Source of the DNA: Lama guanicoe | Taxonomy: Eukaryota | Assembly (NCBI GenBank): GCA_013239625.1 | Contig: MU053881.1 | Span: 8,393,957-8,457,956 of the forward strand | Direction of reading: 5' to 3' | DNA length: 64,000 bases | Shown: positions 11,608 through 23,985 of the stretch, piece by piece | Layout of the letters: every line of letters begins with the position of its first letter | How positions within the stretch are numbered: position 1 is the stretch's first letter | Notes under the pieces: generated by a model | Databases searched by the model: none | Seen by the model: the letters and a program-made list of their open reading frames with translations, nothing else | Told to the model about the DNA's origin: nothing | Program-made: the position numbers and the translations under genes

Positions 11608-14039
11608 AAAGTAGAATTGCTGGGTCATACAATAAATTTATCCTTTTAAGAAACTGATGAACTGGTCTTCCAACATGGTTGTGCCATTTTATGTTCCCAC
11701 CAGAAATGCTATGAGAATTCCAGTTCCTCATTTACACTTGGCACTGCCAGTCTTTAAATTTAGTCATTCAGCCGGGTGTGTATTCATATCTGCTTGTGGC
11801 CTTAAGGTGCACTTTCCCGTTGAGAATATTTTCCTGCATTTTTTGGCCATTCATATTTTCTTTTGCAAGGTGTCTGCTAGAATTTTTAGCCCATTTAAAA
11901 ATTGGGTTGTCTCTTTACTACTGAGTTGTAAGAGTTCATGATATAGTCTAGATATCAATCCTTTGCAAATATTTTCTCCACGTCTGTGGCTTGCCTTTTT
12001 CTTTTCCAAATGGTGTCTTCCCCAAGAACAGAAGCTTTTGGTTGTGATAATGTCCAGTTCATCAGTTTTTCTCTTTAATGGTTTGTGCTTTTTGTGTTGT
12101 ACCTAAGACATCTTTCCCCATCCCCAAATTGCAAAGACTTTCTCCTGTATTTTCTTTCAGGAGTTTTCCAGTTTCAACTTTTATATTTAGCTCTATGATC
12201 CATTTCAGATTAAAATTTGTACATGGTGCTCAAAGACTATTTTTTTTCTATACAGATATCCAGTGGGGTTCCAGCACCATTTGTTGAAGAAACGTTATTT
12301 TTGATGACACTCTTCATAACCATCCTTTCCCCTCGGACTTCAGGGTTGGAAGGAGTTGGTGTGACCAGGGGATGCATTTATTAATCAGACATTGATCTCT
12401 ATTCCCATCTTTACTTTCCAAAGACATACATAACCGCTAGGCTTCTGATCAGCAGGAGACAGTACTGCCATACTGAGCTGAAGGAATTCCAGCCCAAAGC
12501 AGAGAATCTGACATCTAGTTAGTTGGCTCAGGGAGACTGTGGGTAAACATCAAATCTCCCTTAGGATTTCCCCAACAGGGAGAACAGATCTTGGCTCTCT
12601 GTCTATCCCCAGCCTGGTGATGAAAACCTCCCTCACACTTAGATGGGAGCTCTTGCTATGGAGGGGCCTCTGCCCGCCCTCCTTTGCTCCCTCGGCCTCT
12701 TGGTCCACGTGGAGAAGAGCCTTTAAACGTGGGCACTCGCGAGGAGTGCCCCGTGAGGATTCTGCAGATGCCACGTGAACCAGCAGTGACGGGGGGCTTG
12801 GGGAGCTCCAGGTGCTGTGCTGAGGCCTTACGACCACGCTGAAAGCGACTCTCAGCTCCATTTTACAGATTCAAAAGCTGAGGACCAGACAGTGGACAGG
12901 GCTTGTCCAGTGTCACCGGCCGCTAGGCGGGACAGCCAGGTTTCCAACCCGAGTTTCTCCAGCTCCGCTAAGCGCTCAACCGCACGGGAAGTCTTCTTTT
13001 GTGACTGAGAAGCTGATCTAAATATTTTCCAGGAAGAAAAAAAGAAAATCCATTGTAAAGAGAAACACATCTTTTCACCCTTTGGCAAAGTGGCCAAAAT
13101 AATAATAATAAATAAAAATAATACATATGTATGTGATAATATCAAGTGCTGATGAGGGTTTGGGAAGAAGGCACATACCCCTGTGGGAAGTGTTAATTAG
13201 AGCGGCCAATTTACTCTCTAAAGTCAGTTTAGCAGTATTTGCTAAAATAAAACCAGTACATATTCTTTATGAAGTCCCGCTGTTTGATGATGTTGACTGT
13301 CAGGTTGTCGGTGTGGGGGTAACTCTCGATCCCTGCTGGTGGGAGCTTTTCCTGAAAGTACACTCTTATCTGAGAATGATTCTGTAAGGCCTAATAAAAT
13401 ATAAAACACACATGCCCTGGGGCCCAGCAAGGCACTTCTCAGCCTCTGTCCTCGACACACACACACACACACAAGCTGGCAAGGATGCAGGGGCAAGGGT
13501 TATCACTTTAGCAGTGTTTGCGATGATATTCTCCTATATTTCCTAATGCTCTAAGAGTTTCGTTTTGCCTGTGGATTTTAAAAAAGATCCAGTCCTCTGA
13601 GTATATGCACTAAAGAAGCCTAAACAAATAAAAGGAGGGAGTAACAAAGGCACCCCCCCTCCCTTGGGTCTTGGGTGCAGGGGAGATGGGAGCCAGTCTT
13701 TGGAGCCCTCCATACTGGACTCCAGGGCTGAGCCGGCACCACAGAGCTAGTTAACATTCCGGGACCAAAGGAAGCCTCCAGGCTGTGGGGGAGGGACTGC
13801 AGATGGATTCACCCCAGGGATTCCCAGCCCTCTTTGTAAGTCAGTGTCTAGGGAAGTTTGAATGGCAAAGGGTAGGGGAGAGGGGGCCACAAAGGGAGAG
13901 AGAACAGAAGGCGGTTGCTAGGAGATGATGTGAAAAGTCTCAGCACAAGCTTGGAATCTGGCGGAAACCACTGATCTTGTGCCAGGGTTTGGGCAGACAG
14001 GTCCTGGGCCTATTTCCGGCACCAGACCATTGCAGTGCG

Positions 14040-14222
14040 CCAGAGAGGGAAAGAGAGGGAGATGGAGCGAGAGAGAAGTAGAGAGAAGGGAAGAGGGAGG
14101 CAGGAAAGAAGGGAGAGAGGGAGAGAGAGGGAGAGAGAGGAGGAGGCGGGAGGGAGGGAAAGGGAAGCAGAGCGGGGAGAGAGAGACAGACAGGAAGGGA
14201 CAGAGAGAGAAAGAGAGAAATT
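14040..14222. repeat. GA-rich polypurine low-complexity tract
   Basis: About 180 bp almost entirely G/A on the + strand. Confidence 0.85.
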
Positions 14223-14324
14223 GAGACAATTTAGAGAAAACCCTAAAACAAATGAACATACAAAAATTTAGGAACACTGCCCTATTCTTTATCAACATGG
14301 AGGAATAAACAGTAAAAGAATAAT

Positions 14325-14657
14325 AGAGGGGGTCACCCGGGGGCTAAATCCAATCTCCTGCCAGTTTTTAGACAGTCCAAGGTGCAGGCTACGAATGGCT
14401 TTTACATTTTTAAATGGCTGAAAAAAAAAAATCAAAAAGAGAATGACTTGTCATGACATGTGCAAATTATGTGCAATTCAGATTTCGGTGTCCATAAACC
14501 AAGTTTCAGGGACAGAGTCCCGGTGGGCGGTGTGTGCACATCCGTGGCTGCCTTCACACGGCGACAGCAGCGCTGAGTGGATGGGACAGAATCCGCACGG
14601 CCCCAAAAGCAGGCATTTTCTACCCGGCCCTTTGCAGAACACATGCGCTGACCCCTG
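14325..14657 (+). mobile_element. hAT-Charlie MITE, MER58-like
   Basis: GGCTAAATCC...GCCAGTTTT..., ending TACCCGGCCCTTTGCAGAACACATGCGCTGACCCCTG. Confidence 0.6.
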
Positions 14658-15769
14658 GAGTAAAACCTGCTAAGGAAAGACCCCTTCCGAGGCCAAAGGT
14701 ATACTTTGGGGCTGGAACAGAATAACACAGAAGAGTCACTGAGTACTTCCTGTAGGTCTGGGTCTGTGTTAAGTGCTTACCATGCATACTTTCTTCAGTC
14801 TCCAAAATACCCCAGGTGTGGAGGCTATTCCTTACATCTGTATCTCACAGATGGGGAAACAAGGGTTGGAGTCAGGTTCTCAATCCAGGCTTCATGTTAG
14901 AATCACCCAGGAAGTGTTTACACCTCTTGATGCTCAGGGCTCACCCAGACCTAGGATCCCACAGGGAGCTGGCTGAGCGAGACTCCGAGCCCACATCTGT
15001 GAATTCAGAGCACCCACATTCCAGCCCAAAGACATTTCCTCCTAAGTGGAGAGGTTCAGAGGCTGGGCTCCCCTTCCAGCAGGTCTCCAGCAATGCTCTT
15101 CCTTGTCTCCCTGGTAAGAATTTCTACTGTCGCTTGAGCGCCTACCATGAGCTTTGCACAACTTTCTCACTGACTTTTCCTTCAGTCCCTTCGGATCACC
15201 CCGCACAGTCGGTGTGATGTCCCCACTTCTCAGCGGAGGATCAGACCAGGTCAGAAGACTTGCCTGACAGTGTTTGCTCCTAAGGGGCAGGGCAGTGAGT
15301 GGGAGGAAGCACAGAGCGGGCTTCTGGGGAGCTGGAGATGGTCTGCCCCTCGATCTGGGTGCTGCATTCACGGGGAGTTTGGTTTCTGAAAATCCACTGA
15401 GCTGATGTGAAGTTTTCCGTACGTATGTTATGTTGCAATAAAAAGTTAACAAATGCTCTGCCTAAGGTCACACAGAAAAGGTAGGATTTGAACCCTAGCC
15501 TACATCACTGTTTCCTAAAGTGCGTGATGCGGGCCTTCTGTCGGTAAACAGGGGACTGCAGAACGCGATCACACAGTGAGAAGGCTGTGTCCTGCTCGCT
15601 TTCCCTTCAGACCTGCTTCCATCAAGGAGGGAGTCTCTCTTGGGCAGCAGCATGCCTTGAATTCTGCTGAAACCCTCACCAACCTGCCTTTTTAACAACA
15701 GGAGAAAAGACCTTAGCTTTAGAACCTTGGCAAGCAATGCACCCAGCTCGACTTTAACACTCTTTTTGT

Positions 15770-16295
15770 ATTTTCATTACGTTTAATCTTCCCAGTTACT
15801 TGCTAAGGCAGCTTTGACTCATGGACTAATCCATTCCTACTTTCTTCCTTAGTCACAGAATTCTGATTTTTGTACCAACTAAGAGGACTCACTTTCCAGT
15901 TTCTCTTGCAGTCAGGTGGACCAAGTAGTAAGCTCGGCCAATGAAAAGCAAATGAAAATTGCTGGGTGGGGTTTGCAGGAGTGCTCCTTGGGTTAAAGGC
16001 ACGCAGGCACACTCTGTTGTCTCTCCTCTTTCCTGATGCCTGCCTGATGGCTGGTGACTCGGCAGCCATTCTGGGCTTAGCAGCCTTGATGATGGAGGTC
16101 ACACAGTAAGTAAGGACAGCAAAGCAGAATGAGAGAAAGAGCCTGGGTTCCCAGTAATATTACAGGGCTGACAGACGAGCCTTGGATTCTCTTCTCCCGT
16201 TCTTCTTTTTAAGTAATAAAGAAATAAATCTCTGTCTTATTTAAGTCTATTATTTCTGCTTTCTATTCCCAGCAGTCAAATGCAATTCCTTACTG
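15770..16295 (+). mobile_element. MaLR LTR remnant (old MLT1); ends approximate
   Basis: TTTCCAGTTTCTCTTGCAG...GGCCAATGA, GAGCCTGGGTTCCC, and 3' GCAGTCAAATGCAATTCCTTACTG. Confidence 0.55.
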
Positions 16296-16507
16296 AGGAA
16301 TCTTCGATTTTTAGCAGATTGTATTTATTTTCCAGTTTTAGTGTCATACAGCTTCTTAATTTTTTTTTTAAAAAACCAAAATAAATGTAAGTGCATCAAG
16401 ACAAACACTCGCAAGAGAACACTCCTCTTGGTTGCCCTGGTGTTTGGGGATCTCATCCCTGGGCCCAGGTCCAAGCCAGGTCAGTTCCTAGGGGAGCCCT
16501 CACTTAC

Positions 16508-16599
16508 CAGCTGTCTTCCAGGGTCTGTGTGCTGTTCCTTCCCTCCTGCCTCTTCTCCAGCTCCACGGCTGTCTGTTCCAACAGAGCAGACACAGCATC
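16508..16599 (-). CDS. WWC1: WWC1 exon 17 (92 nt): DAVSALLEQTAVELEKRQEGRNSTQTLEDS(W)
   Basis: Translated by hand; acceptor CCTCAG, donor GTAAGT. Confidence 0.95.
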
Positions 16600-17216
16600 C
16601 TGAGGAGACAAAGACATGCGTCCATCTGGGCACTGTGGACATAGCCCCACCTGGCAGGAATCAGAGCGACCGACCCTCCCAGTGAATGGAGGGTAAAATC
16701 GAAGACCAGAATCAGTCTTGCCGTAAAGTCACATAAATTGGAAATACGGTCCTTAGTTCTTCTAACTGACCATTCTCCTGAGAACAACCCCTGTATGCAT
16801 GGGTAGAGTTTGGAAGCCAGCTAAGTTTAGTGTTTGAGTGAGACAGAATTACAGGTCTCCGGATGTAAGGAGATCATAGCGTTGTAAAGGGAGACCATCC
16901 CATAAACCATCAGCAACAAGACAATCTGTGACTGTGAGAGAGATAAGTACTGGGTGTTTGGGAACAGAGGAATGGTGGCAAAGCTAGCCTGGGGAGGTTG
17001 CATTCAGGGAAGGCTTCCTGGAGGAAGAGCATTTATCCTGAATGGTGTCTACAGTGAGGAAGCCTGTGTGAATTGAGGAAATTAACCTCTCTGGGACTCA
17101 GTTCCTTCTAATAACTACTCTACCTCGGATGCCCAGCCATCTCCAGTTCTGGGAGAGGCTCTTCCTTAGCCAGGTGTTGCATTTGCAGAAGGGCATGGAG
17201 CTGTGGCCTGGCTCAC

Positions 17217-17369
17217 CGTGCTTTCAGGCCCCGGGGTGGTGGCCACGGCTCCTGCTGACTTGGGCTCCCTGCTCTGTTTCTTCAAGTACTTGTAGCTCAG
17301 GAGGTTGTACCAGCGAGTCGACCTCTCCCCAGACCGGCAGACCTCAGCCAGGCTGATCTGGGCACCTCC
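17217..17369 (-). CDS. WWC1: WWC1 exon 16 (153 nt): [37 protein letters not shown]...PGPEST, end of C2 domain
   Basis: Acceptor CAACAG, donor GTGAGC; in ORF 17166..17537. Confidence 0.96.
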
Positions 17370-17544
17370 CTGTTGAGGAAGGGAGAAAAAGAGAGCATAA
17401 GTTGGGGGGGGGTGTGACAAGGTGTTGAGGGAACTTGGCTTCTGGGTGAGGTATGGAAAACACCTCTCCAGGTGAGGTGGAAGCTTCCGGGAAGGAAGAA
17501 AGGGCCAGGTGTTAATCATTTCCAATAACTCACTCACTAACGCA

Positions 17545-17790
17545 TTTGTGCATTGATTTGTGTGGGTTCTTTACATATTTGGGATACAAACCCCTTATCA
17601 GATACATGATTTGCAAACATTCTCTCCCATTCAGCAGGCTGCCTTTTCATTTTGTGGATGATTTCCTTGGCTGTGCAAAAGCTTTTTCATTTGATGTAGT
17701 CCCAATTGTTCATTTTTGCTTTTGTTAACTTTGCTTTTGGGTATCAGAGTCAAAAAAGTCATGACCAAGAATGATGTCAAGGAAAAAGAT
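17545..17790 (-). mobile_element. L1 ORF2 fragment
   Basis: CCCCTTATCAGATACATGATTTGCAAACATTCTCTCCCATTC; minus-strand ORF 17631..17816 carries L1-like peptide. Confidence 0.75.
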
Positions 17791-19257
17791 TTTGAACAAC
17801 TCCAAGCTCCAGCCACAGGGGCTAGAGAAATAAACTATAAGATACTTATCCAGTGGAATATTATATACCTATGTATAAAAAAATAAGGAAGCTCTCTAGG
17901 TACTGATGGGGAGAGTTCTCCAGTCTATATTATTAAGGGAAAAGAGAGAATAGTGTGGAACCAAATACACAGTGCAGTACTTTTTGTCCAAGAAATGGAG
18001 AGAGGGTAAGTATATAGACACATATATCCTCTCTCTCTATATATATTTGCACCATATTTGAGGTGCAAGGGAGCGTGAACATGATCACATAATCATATAC
18101 AATAAGAGATAAGAAATATAAAGAAAAACCAGTCCAAGTGGCTACCTATCTAGGGGAGGTGGGAGGGGCGAGGGGAGTGGTATTTCCCCTCAGTAAAACT
18201 TTTCATACAGTTTCTCTGACTCATGTAAATGGATCCGTTAAGATGAAAACAAATTACCACCAATTCACCTAACTGAATATAGCCCCAGAGAGAGAGGATT
18301 TATTTCAAGTGACTTAATATTTTTACTGTATGTTTAGCATTCATCCTTCGTGGAAAGAACTACGAAATAATTTGAATTACTCCTCAGAGGTCTTAACATT
18401 TCAACACACCCCCTTTTGCAGAATCCAGACTAGGTTTGGGGGGTCTAGTACATTCACTGTCCCCACACGCAGGGGGCGCTGTGCCAGTGGGTGGTGGAGA
18501 CACCAGGAGCCTGCGTGTGACCGGGACCCGTGGCCATGCGATGGCTCAGGATGGGGCCTGGGATGAGGAGGCAACTCTTCAGTCCACCTGGGATCCTTTC
18601 TTTCAGTTTCTCCCCCTCTCAGGATGTACTGGGGCCTGGCAGGGGCTGTGTGAAGCCACTGTGTGGCTAAAGGTGACCTCTAGGAGAAGAGTGGTGAGTA
18701 GGTGGAGAAAACAAGGCAAGTTAACTCCTATCTGCAGAGTCATTTCAGGAGCTAAATACCTGGCACATTTTAGGCACCTAGATAAATTTAAATATACACA
18801 AATACGTGTATATATCACTCATTGGTTTATTTAATAAGTGTTCTTTGAGCCCTTCGCAGACTCCTGGGGAGACAGACAAATACAGTGTACATCACAGTTG
18901 AGAATATGCCAGGCCATGTTTGAGGGGCAACGGGGAATGAATATAATGATGGCTTTCAGGGGCGATGCTGCCATTGGATTATGCTAATTTCAACAAAATT
19001 CACTGTCTATTTTGGGCTGACTGGTAGGTGTGCATATGGTCTGCCTTGGTAAACTGGATGCCTATGTTGATGGCATTTACGCATTTTTTTTCATTCATTC
19101 ATTCAACAAACACACATTCGCCCAGCAGACTCTACGTGCCAGGCATTGTTCTGGGAGCTGAGGATACAGCAGGACTGAAGGCAGAGGAAAAATCCCTGCC
19201 TTCATGAGTGTACAGGCCAGTCTGGAGGAATCAGATAATCAATAAGAAAATTCTGCA

Positions 19258-19435
19258 TTGTGCTTTGCAGAGTCTAAGATGCCATCAATTATAAAGTGTA
19301 CTATCATCTCATGCACAACTAAGAAAGAAAAATAGTTGCCAATTAAACTATGACCTGCCACCCAGTGTACACTGCATCTTGATTTCACAGATGATCAAAT
19401 GTGAAAATCACATGCACCTTAATATCTATGATGTA
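19258..19435 (-). mobile_element. TcMar-Tc2 MITE, MER104-like
   Basis: CTAAGATGCCATCAATT...ACTAAGAAAGAAAAA...GCCAATTAAACTATGAC matches recalled MER104 consensus. Confidence 0.65.
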
Positions 19436-20307
19436 GAGAAACGTTGGGTCAGGGAAAGAGCTGCCGAGGAAATCACACAGGGAACGGGGACAGGAGGGGA
19501 TGAGAGAGGGGAGGGGACAATGTCATTATAAATAGGGTGGAAGGAGGTCCTCCCAGAGAAGGTGACATCTGGGTCAAGATCAGAAGGAGGCAAGGGAGTG
19601 AGATTTGCCCATTCATAGCTGGGAGGAGAAAGTTCTGTTCGGCAGTGCAAAGGGCTGGACTAGGGGGCGTGCTGTTGTAGTCAAGGGGCACAAGGAGGCT
19701 GGAGGAAGAGTCCTGGGGACAGATCGAGAGATAACAAGGAGCAGATCCCGGAGGCCCTGGGGGGCCAGGCCGAGGCCCGGGTGTTGACTCGAGGTGGAGA
19801 CAGAGGCACGCCTTTAGTCATCCAAACCCATAATCCAGGTAGAAGACGACGATGGTGATGTGTGACAAAGCTGGAATCTGTGTTTAAATCCAGACTTGTC
19901 CACCTACTCGCTGGGTGACCTGGGCCAGTTATTGAGCCTTTCTGGGCCTGGAGAAGTGGAGATAATTCTTACGTTGCTTCCTAGGGCTGAGCTGAGCATT
20001 AAATGAGATACGGCACGCAGAGCTCTTAGCCCAGCACTGGACACACACATACTGCTCAGGATGGGTACCACTGTCCTTGCCCGGCTGGTGAAATGGCTCA
20101 AAACAGACCAGAGATTCCACAAAGCCAGCAGTGCGGGGAGACCCTGCGTGGGAGCTGACAGCCCTTCTTCTCGTGTGTCACTTTCTCGCCTCCTCCAGCC
20201 ACCAAAACACGACAGCCTGACACTCCGCGTCCCCACGGGATCCGGGAAAGTAGGCTTCCCGTTGGCCACGGACAGAGACAAGCCACGGCGGGATGAGCGC
20301 TTTGGCT

Positions 20308-20321
20308 GCTGCCATGGCAAC
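20308..20321 (-). promoter_or_regulatory. RFX X-box-like site GTTGCCATGGCAGC (function untested)
   Basis: 13/14 match to the palindromic X-box GTTGCCATGGCAAC, in a locally CpG-rich patch. Confidence 0.35.
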
Positions 20322-21340
20322 CAGCAACGGCCAGGCTTCAATTAGGAGGGAGGAATAAAAGGCATCCAATTAGGAGAAGAAAACAGGACTGAGCCGCTCC
20401 TCATTTCGGAACGCTCGGGGCTGAGGACACGCTTCACTGGAGGAGCCCAGGCTCGGAAAAGCTTTCCGCTCCAGCCTTCAGCATCCACCCACCTGCTTGC
20501 CAAATGCTTCAGTCACCTTCCCTTCCACCTGTGGGCTACAGCGAGCACCGTGCTGGCACAGAGAAAACACCCAGGGGGGCTGACGCGGGTGGGCTTCAGA
20601 GGTGGACCTGCCTGGGTCCTAACTCTGCTCCTGCCACTTCCCCACTGTGACCTTGGGACAGTCACACCCCGATCTCCTCACTGGTATAACAGTACCCATT
20701 TTATAAGGCTGCAGTGAGGATCCATAGAAAGAATACGGGCAAGGAAATTAGCTCACCATATAGACGGCATCCAATAGACGTACGTTATTGCATTACTGTC
20801 GGTAATAATAACAATAACCACGTACATGGCGATGATGCTGTTACGTGCCCAGCTGAGCAGGACAGGGATGGGTAGTGACTTCCGGTGAGACCTACTGTGT
20901 GCAGACACCTCATTGCTTTACGTCCTTGCTGTGGGGACCAGCAGCACGGGCAACTGGTGTGCACGTGAACATTCGAGAAGCACTGCTTCAGCGCTTCACG
21001 TGGTCCTCAGAGGACCACCTGGGAGGTAGCCAGTGTTGGCTGGATTTACAGACGAGGAAACTGAGACAGAATTAAAGAGTCTCAGGCCACACGGCGGGGA
21101 AGGGCAGGGCTGGGGACTCAGCCTCAGGCACCAGGGATGTGGCCCTGCAATTCCACAGCAGAAAAAGGAGCTCCCCACTCCCCACTCCTAGTAAGTCTGG
21201 GAATGCTGTCCACCTGGAAGAGCTCCAGCCCAGAACCCAGGATAAGCTGTGTTTTTCTCCAAGCCTTCTTCCTGAAGGGTCAGATGGACCAATCCCCAGA
21301 AGGACAGAAGGCTGGACAGACAGACAGACATGGTCCTCAC

Positions 21341-21533
21341 CAGGCACTCCTCCAAATGGCTCTTGTCGGTGGCACAGACATCGACTCTTAAGGTCTTCTG
21401 GTGAAGAGCTGGATAGGACATGGACACCCAGAACACCTCGTTAAACAGCAGCGTGTCCGAGGCGTCCAGGGGCCGGGTCCGGAACAGGCAGGTGGTGCTT
21501 TCAGAGCAGGGAAGGATAGCCGCACGAATGTTC
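21341..21533 (-). CDS. WWC1: WWC1 exon 15 (193 nt): [65 protein letters not shown]2 domain
   Basis: Acceptor CTGTAG, donor GTGAGG; partly in ORF 21188..21436. Confidence 0.96.
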
Positions 21534-22699
21534 CTACAGGGACAGAGACGCAGGAGAGCCTGGGTCAGGTCAGGTCAGCTCAGGTGTTGGGCTGACCAGT
21601 TGCTGCAAATCCCCAAGGAGACAGCAGCGGGCCAGGGTCTGCAATTTCTCAGTCGTTATGCAGTCGTTCGTGAGGGAAGCACAAAGGGCCCCAAGGATAA
21701 CACGCTGCTCTTCCTCCTCCCGAATCCCCCGGTCCTTAGACCCTCCAAGCACGGGCACCCGAGGCCCGTGGTGCGTAAACTTCTGTGTGTAGGAGGATCA
21801 GTGAGGCTGCTCGGTCGCACTGAGGGATCCTCACACCACTGCTGGTAGGAAGGCAAAATGCTGCAACCCCTGTGGAGGGGTAGATGCCAGTCCTAACAAA
21901 ATTACACATGCGTTTACCCTTCGACCCGGACAGCTGGCTTCTGAGCATCCTTCCACCAACACCGCTGCACAGTCCCAATGAGACACGGAGAAGGTGGTTT
22001 ATCCCGGCACTGCGTGTAACAGCAAAAGACTGCACACAACCCCAGTGTCCCTTCTGTTTTGCCCACTCTCTGGCCTGCCTCCCTCCTTCCCATGTGTTGC
22101 GTTGCGCCCGCAGATGCTGGCTGGGGTGCAGATCACAGAAACAGATGCTCCTGCTGCTACACTCAAGGCCTACGGTCTAGTAAAGGAGAAACATGTAGGC
22201 AGGTGAGCTCAATGAAACACAACCCGGGCTGCAGTGGGCAGAACGTGCAGGTCTTGGCTGTATTATCAGCTGCCAGTAACGCCCCTCACACTCTGCCCAC
22301 AGAAGCACAGTGATGCGAGTCGGCTCTTGAGAACAGCAGACCTGGCTCTTTCTGCACGGAATACTCAAGCTCGGAGCCGATGAAAGGGGCCGTGATCTTC
22401 CCTTTGAGGCTTCAAGCTCAAAGGCAGGAGTTTGCCACCCCATTCTTAGCGCTGGCACCTGGCAGGGGCTCAGGACGCACACGTCGAAGCTGTCTAGAGC
22501 GCTCCTCTCCAGAGTGAGCGTGTTTGCCCCTGTGCCCGCCTCCACGCGGCCCTGAACCTGCAGCGCAGTCATACGCCCTAAACACCCACCGCGGGTTTCC
22601 CGGGGCCCGCGGTTGGAGCAGGACAGAGCAGGAGAGCGTCCCCCGGGATGGCCGCACACAGGGAGAGGATAACACACACCCCGTCAGCTGCCTACTCAC

Positions 22700-22786
22700 A
22701 CTTTCTGGTCTTGGTGCGGCAACAGTGCAGAAAGGTTGCTCAGCTGCATGATTAATATTGCAAATTGCTTATTCTTCTCGTCATAC
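22700..22786 (-). CDS. WWC1: WWC1 exon 14 (87 nt): [28 protein letters not shown](V), C2 domain
   Basis: Translated by hand; acceptor TTTCAG, donor GTGAGT. Confidence 0.95.
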
Positions 22787-23403
22787 CTGAAATGCAAAGG
22801 GGCACATGGAGCACCGATCAGGAACCCTTATCTCTCCCTCCCTTAAGAATCACAGACGTGGCTGCTGGCAGCTCTGGGGACCATGGTGAGCTGGAGAGGA
22901 CAGGCCCAGTGTTTGCTGCCATGCAGGGAGAGCTGTCAGAATTTTTAAAGAAAGCCAGAGGTTGTATGAAATTTTCTGATATTTAAATGCTGGCAATTAA
23001 TTCCTATTTAGGAAAAAAAAATATTGAGGCCATCCCACATCAAGAGAAGAGAAAAACAAGAAATCTGGGGCTGACTTTGGTCCAGATGAGATGATAAGAC
23101 AAAAGCCACAGCAATAAGGACCAAACAGACCAAGAGGAAGGAGGTCTCGGTCCCCGCTGGCTGTGCTGCTGGCCAGCGCAGCAAGTCCGGGCAAGTTACA
23201 AGGTCTTCAAGCCTTGTTTTTTCTCTTTTGTGAAATGGGGAGCCGGGAGGCAGAGAAGAGTCACCCACAGGGAGCCCCACAGCTGTCAGGGGTCCTGCTG
23301 GTTCTGCCTTCCTCCCTGGGCAGCCCTGAAGGTCAGTGCTGCAGATGAGGAAGAGCCCCTGCACAGACCATGCCCCTCTGTCTCCGCCCTCCCTGCCACT
23401 CAC

Positions 23404-23484
23404 TTCAGGGCGATCTGAACCCGGGCCGCACCCACGACTTCTGATTCGTCACTGTCAAAAGCAGCGGCTTCTGAAGCACCCAGT
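23404..23484 (-). CDS. WWC1: WWC1 exon 13 (81 nt): LGASEAAAFDSDESEVVGAARVQIAL(K), start of C2 domain
   Basis: Translated by hand; acceptor TTCCAG, donor GTGAGT. Confidence 0.95.
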
Positions 23485-23876
23485 CTGGAAGACAACACGG
23501 GATAAAAAAGGCTCAGGCCTCCGTTCAGTGACCTGGGGCCAAAGGCATTTTCCAGAGACAGGGTTCTCTCTGGGCGGGTGTGGCCAGATCCTCAGGGAGG
23601 AATGTCTGGGTCTGCTCAGCCTCCCTGAGGACCCTGCCTGCGCACCACTGCTCCGGGTCCCTCTAGCAGAGGCTGCTCTCTGTCCAGTACTCGCTCCCCT
23701 AGCCATACACCCTTGACGGCGACCTTGGAACCAGCAGTCTCCCAGATGGGAAACGCCTCCAGCCCTGGGAGGCATAGAGCTGTCTGCATCTTCACCTCCC
23801 TCCCATGGGTCCCTCCCACATAGCTGAGGGGGCCCGGGATCTGCGTATTCAGAGTTCCCGGGGCTCGGGGACCCAC

Positions 23877-23985
23877 CTCTGCACAGAAGCCTCATACACA
23901 CCACTGTCCCCGGCCACAGACTCATCCGACACGGCAGCCGAGACACAGGCCACTTTCAGGCTGCACCCCTGGGCCGTATTCACCA
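23877..23985 (-). CDS. WWC1: WWC1 exon 12 (109 nt): (V)VNTAQGCSLKVACVSAAVSDESVAGDSGVYEASVQ(R)
   Basis: Acceptor CTCAG, donor GTGGGT; contains the WWC-family SDESVAGDSGVYE motif. Confidence 0.96.

Larger units (their letters stand above)
10635..12300 (-). mobile_element. Old L1 (L1M-type) 3' fragment, split by an MLT1A-like LTR and a (TA)n tract
   Basis: Antisense L1 3'UTR/ORF2 motifs: ACATTTGGTTTGTTTCCATTT, AGTAGAATTGCTGGGTCATA, TTCCAGCACCATTTGTTGAA. Confidence 0.75.

Noticed and set aside
13918..14298. Glu/Arg-rich and Ser/Leu/Pro-rich ORFs
   Set aside because: Translation artefacts of the GA low-complexity tract
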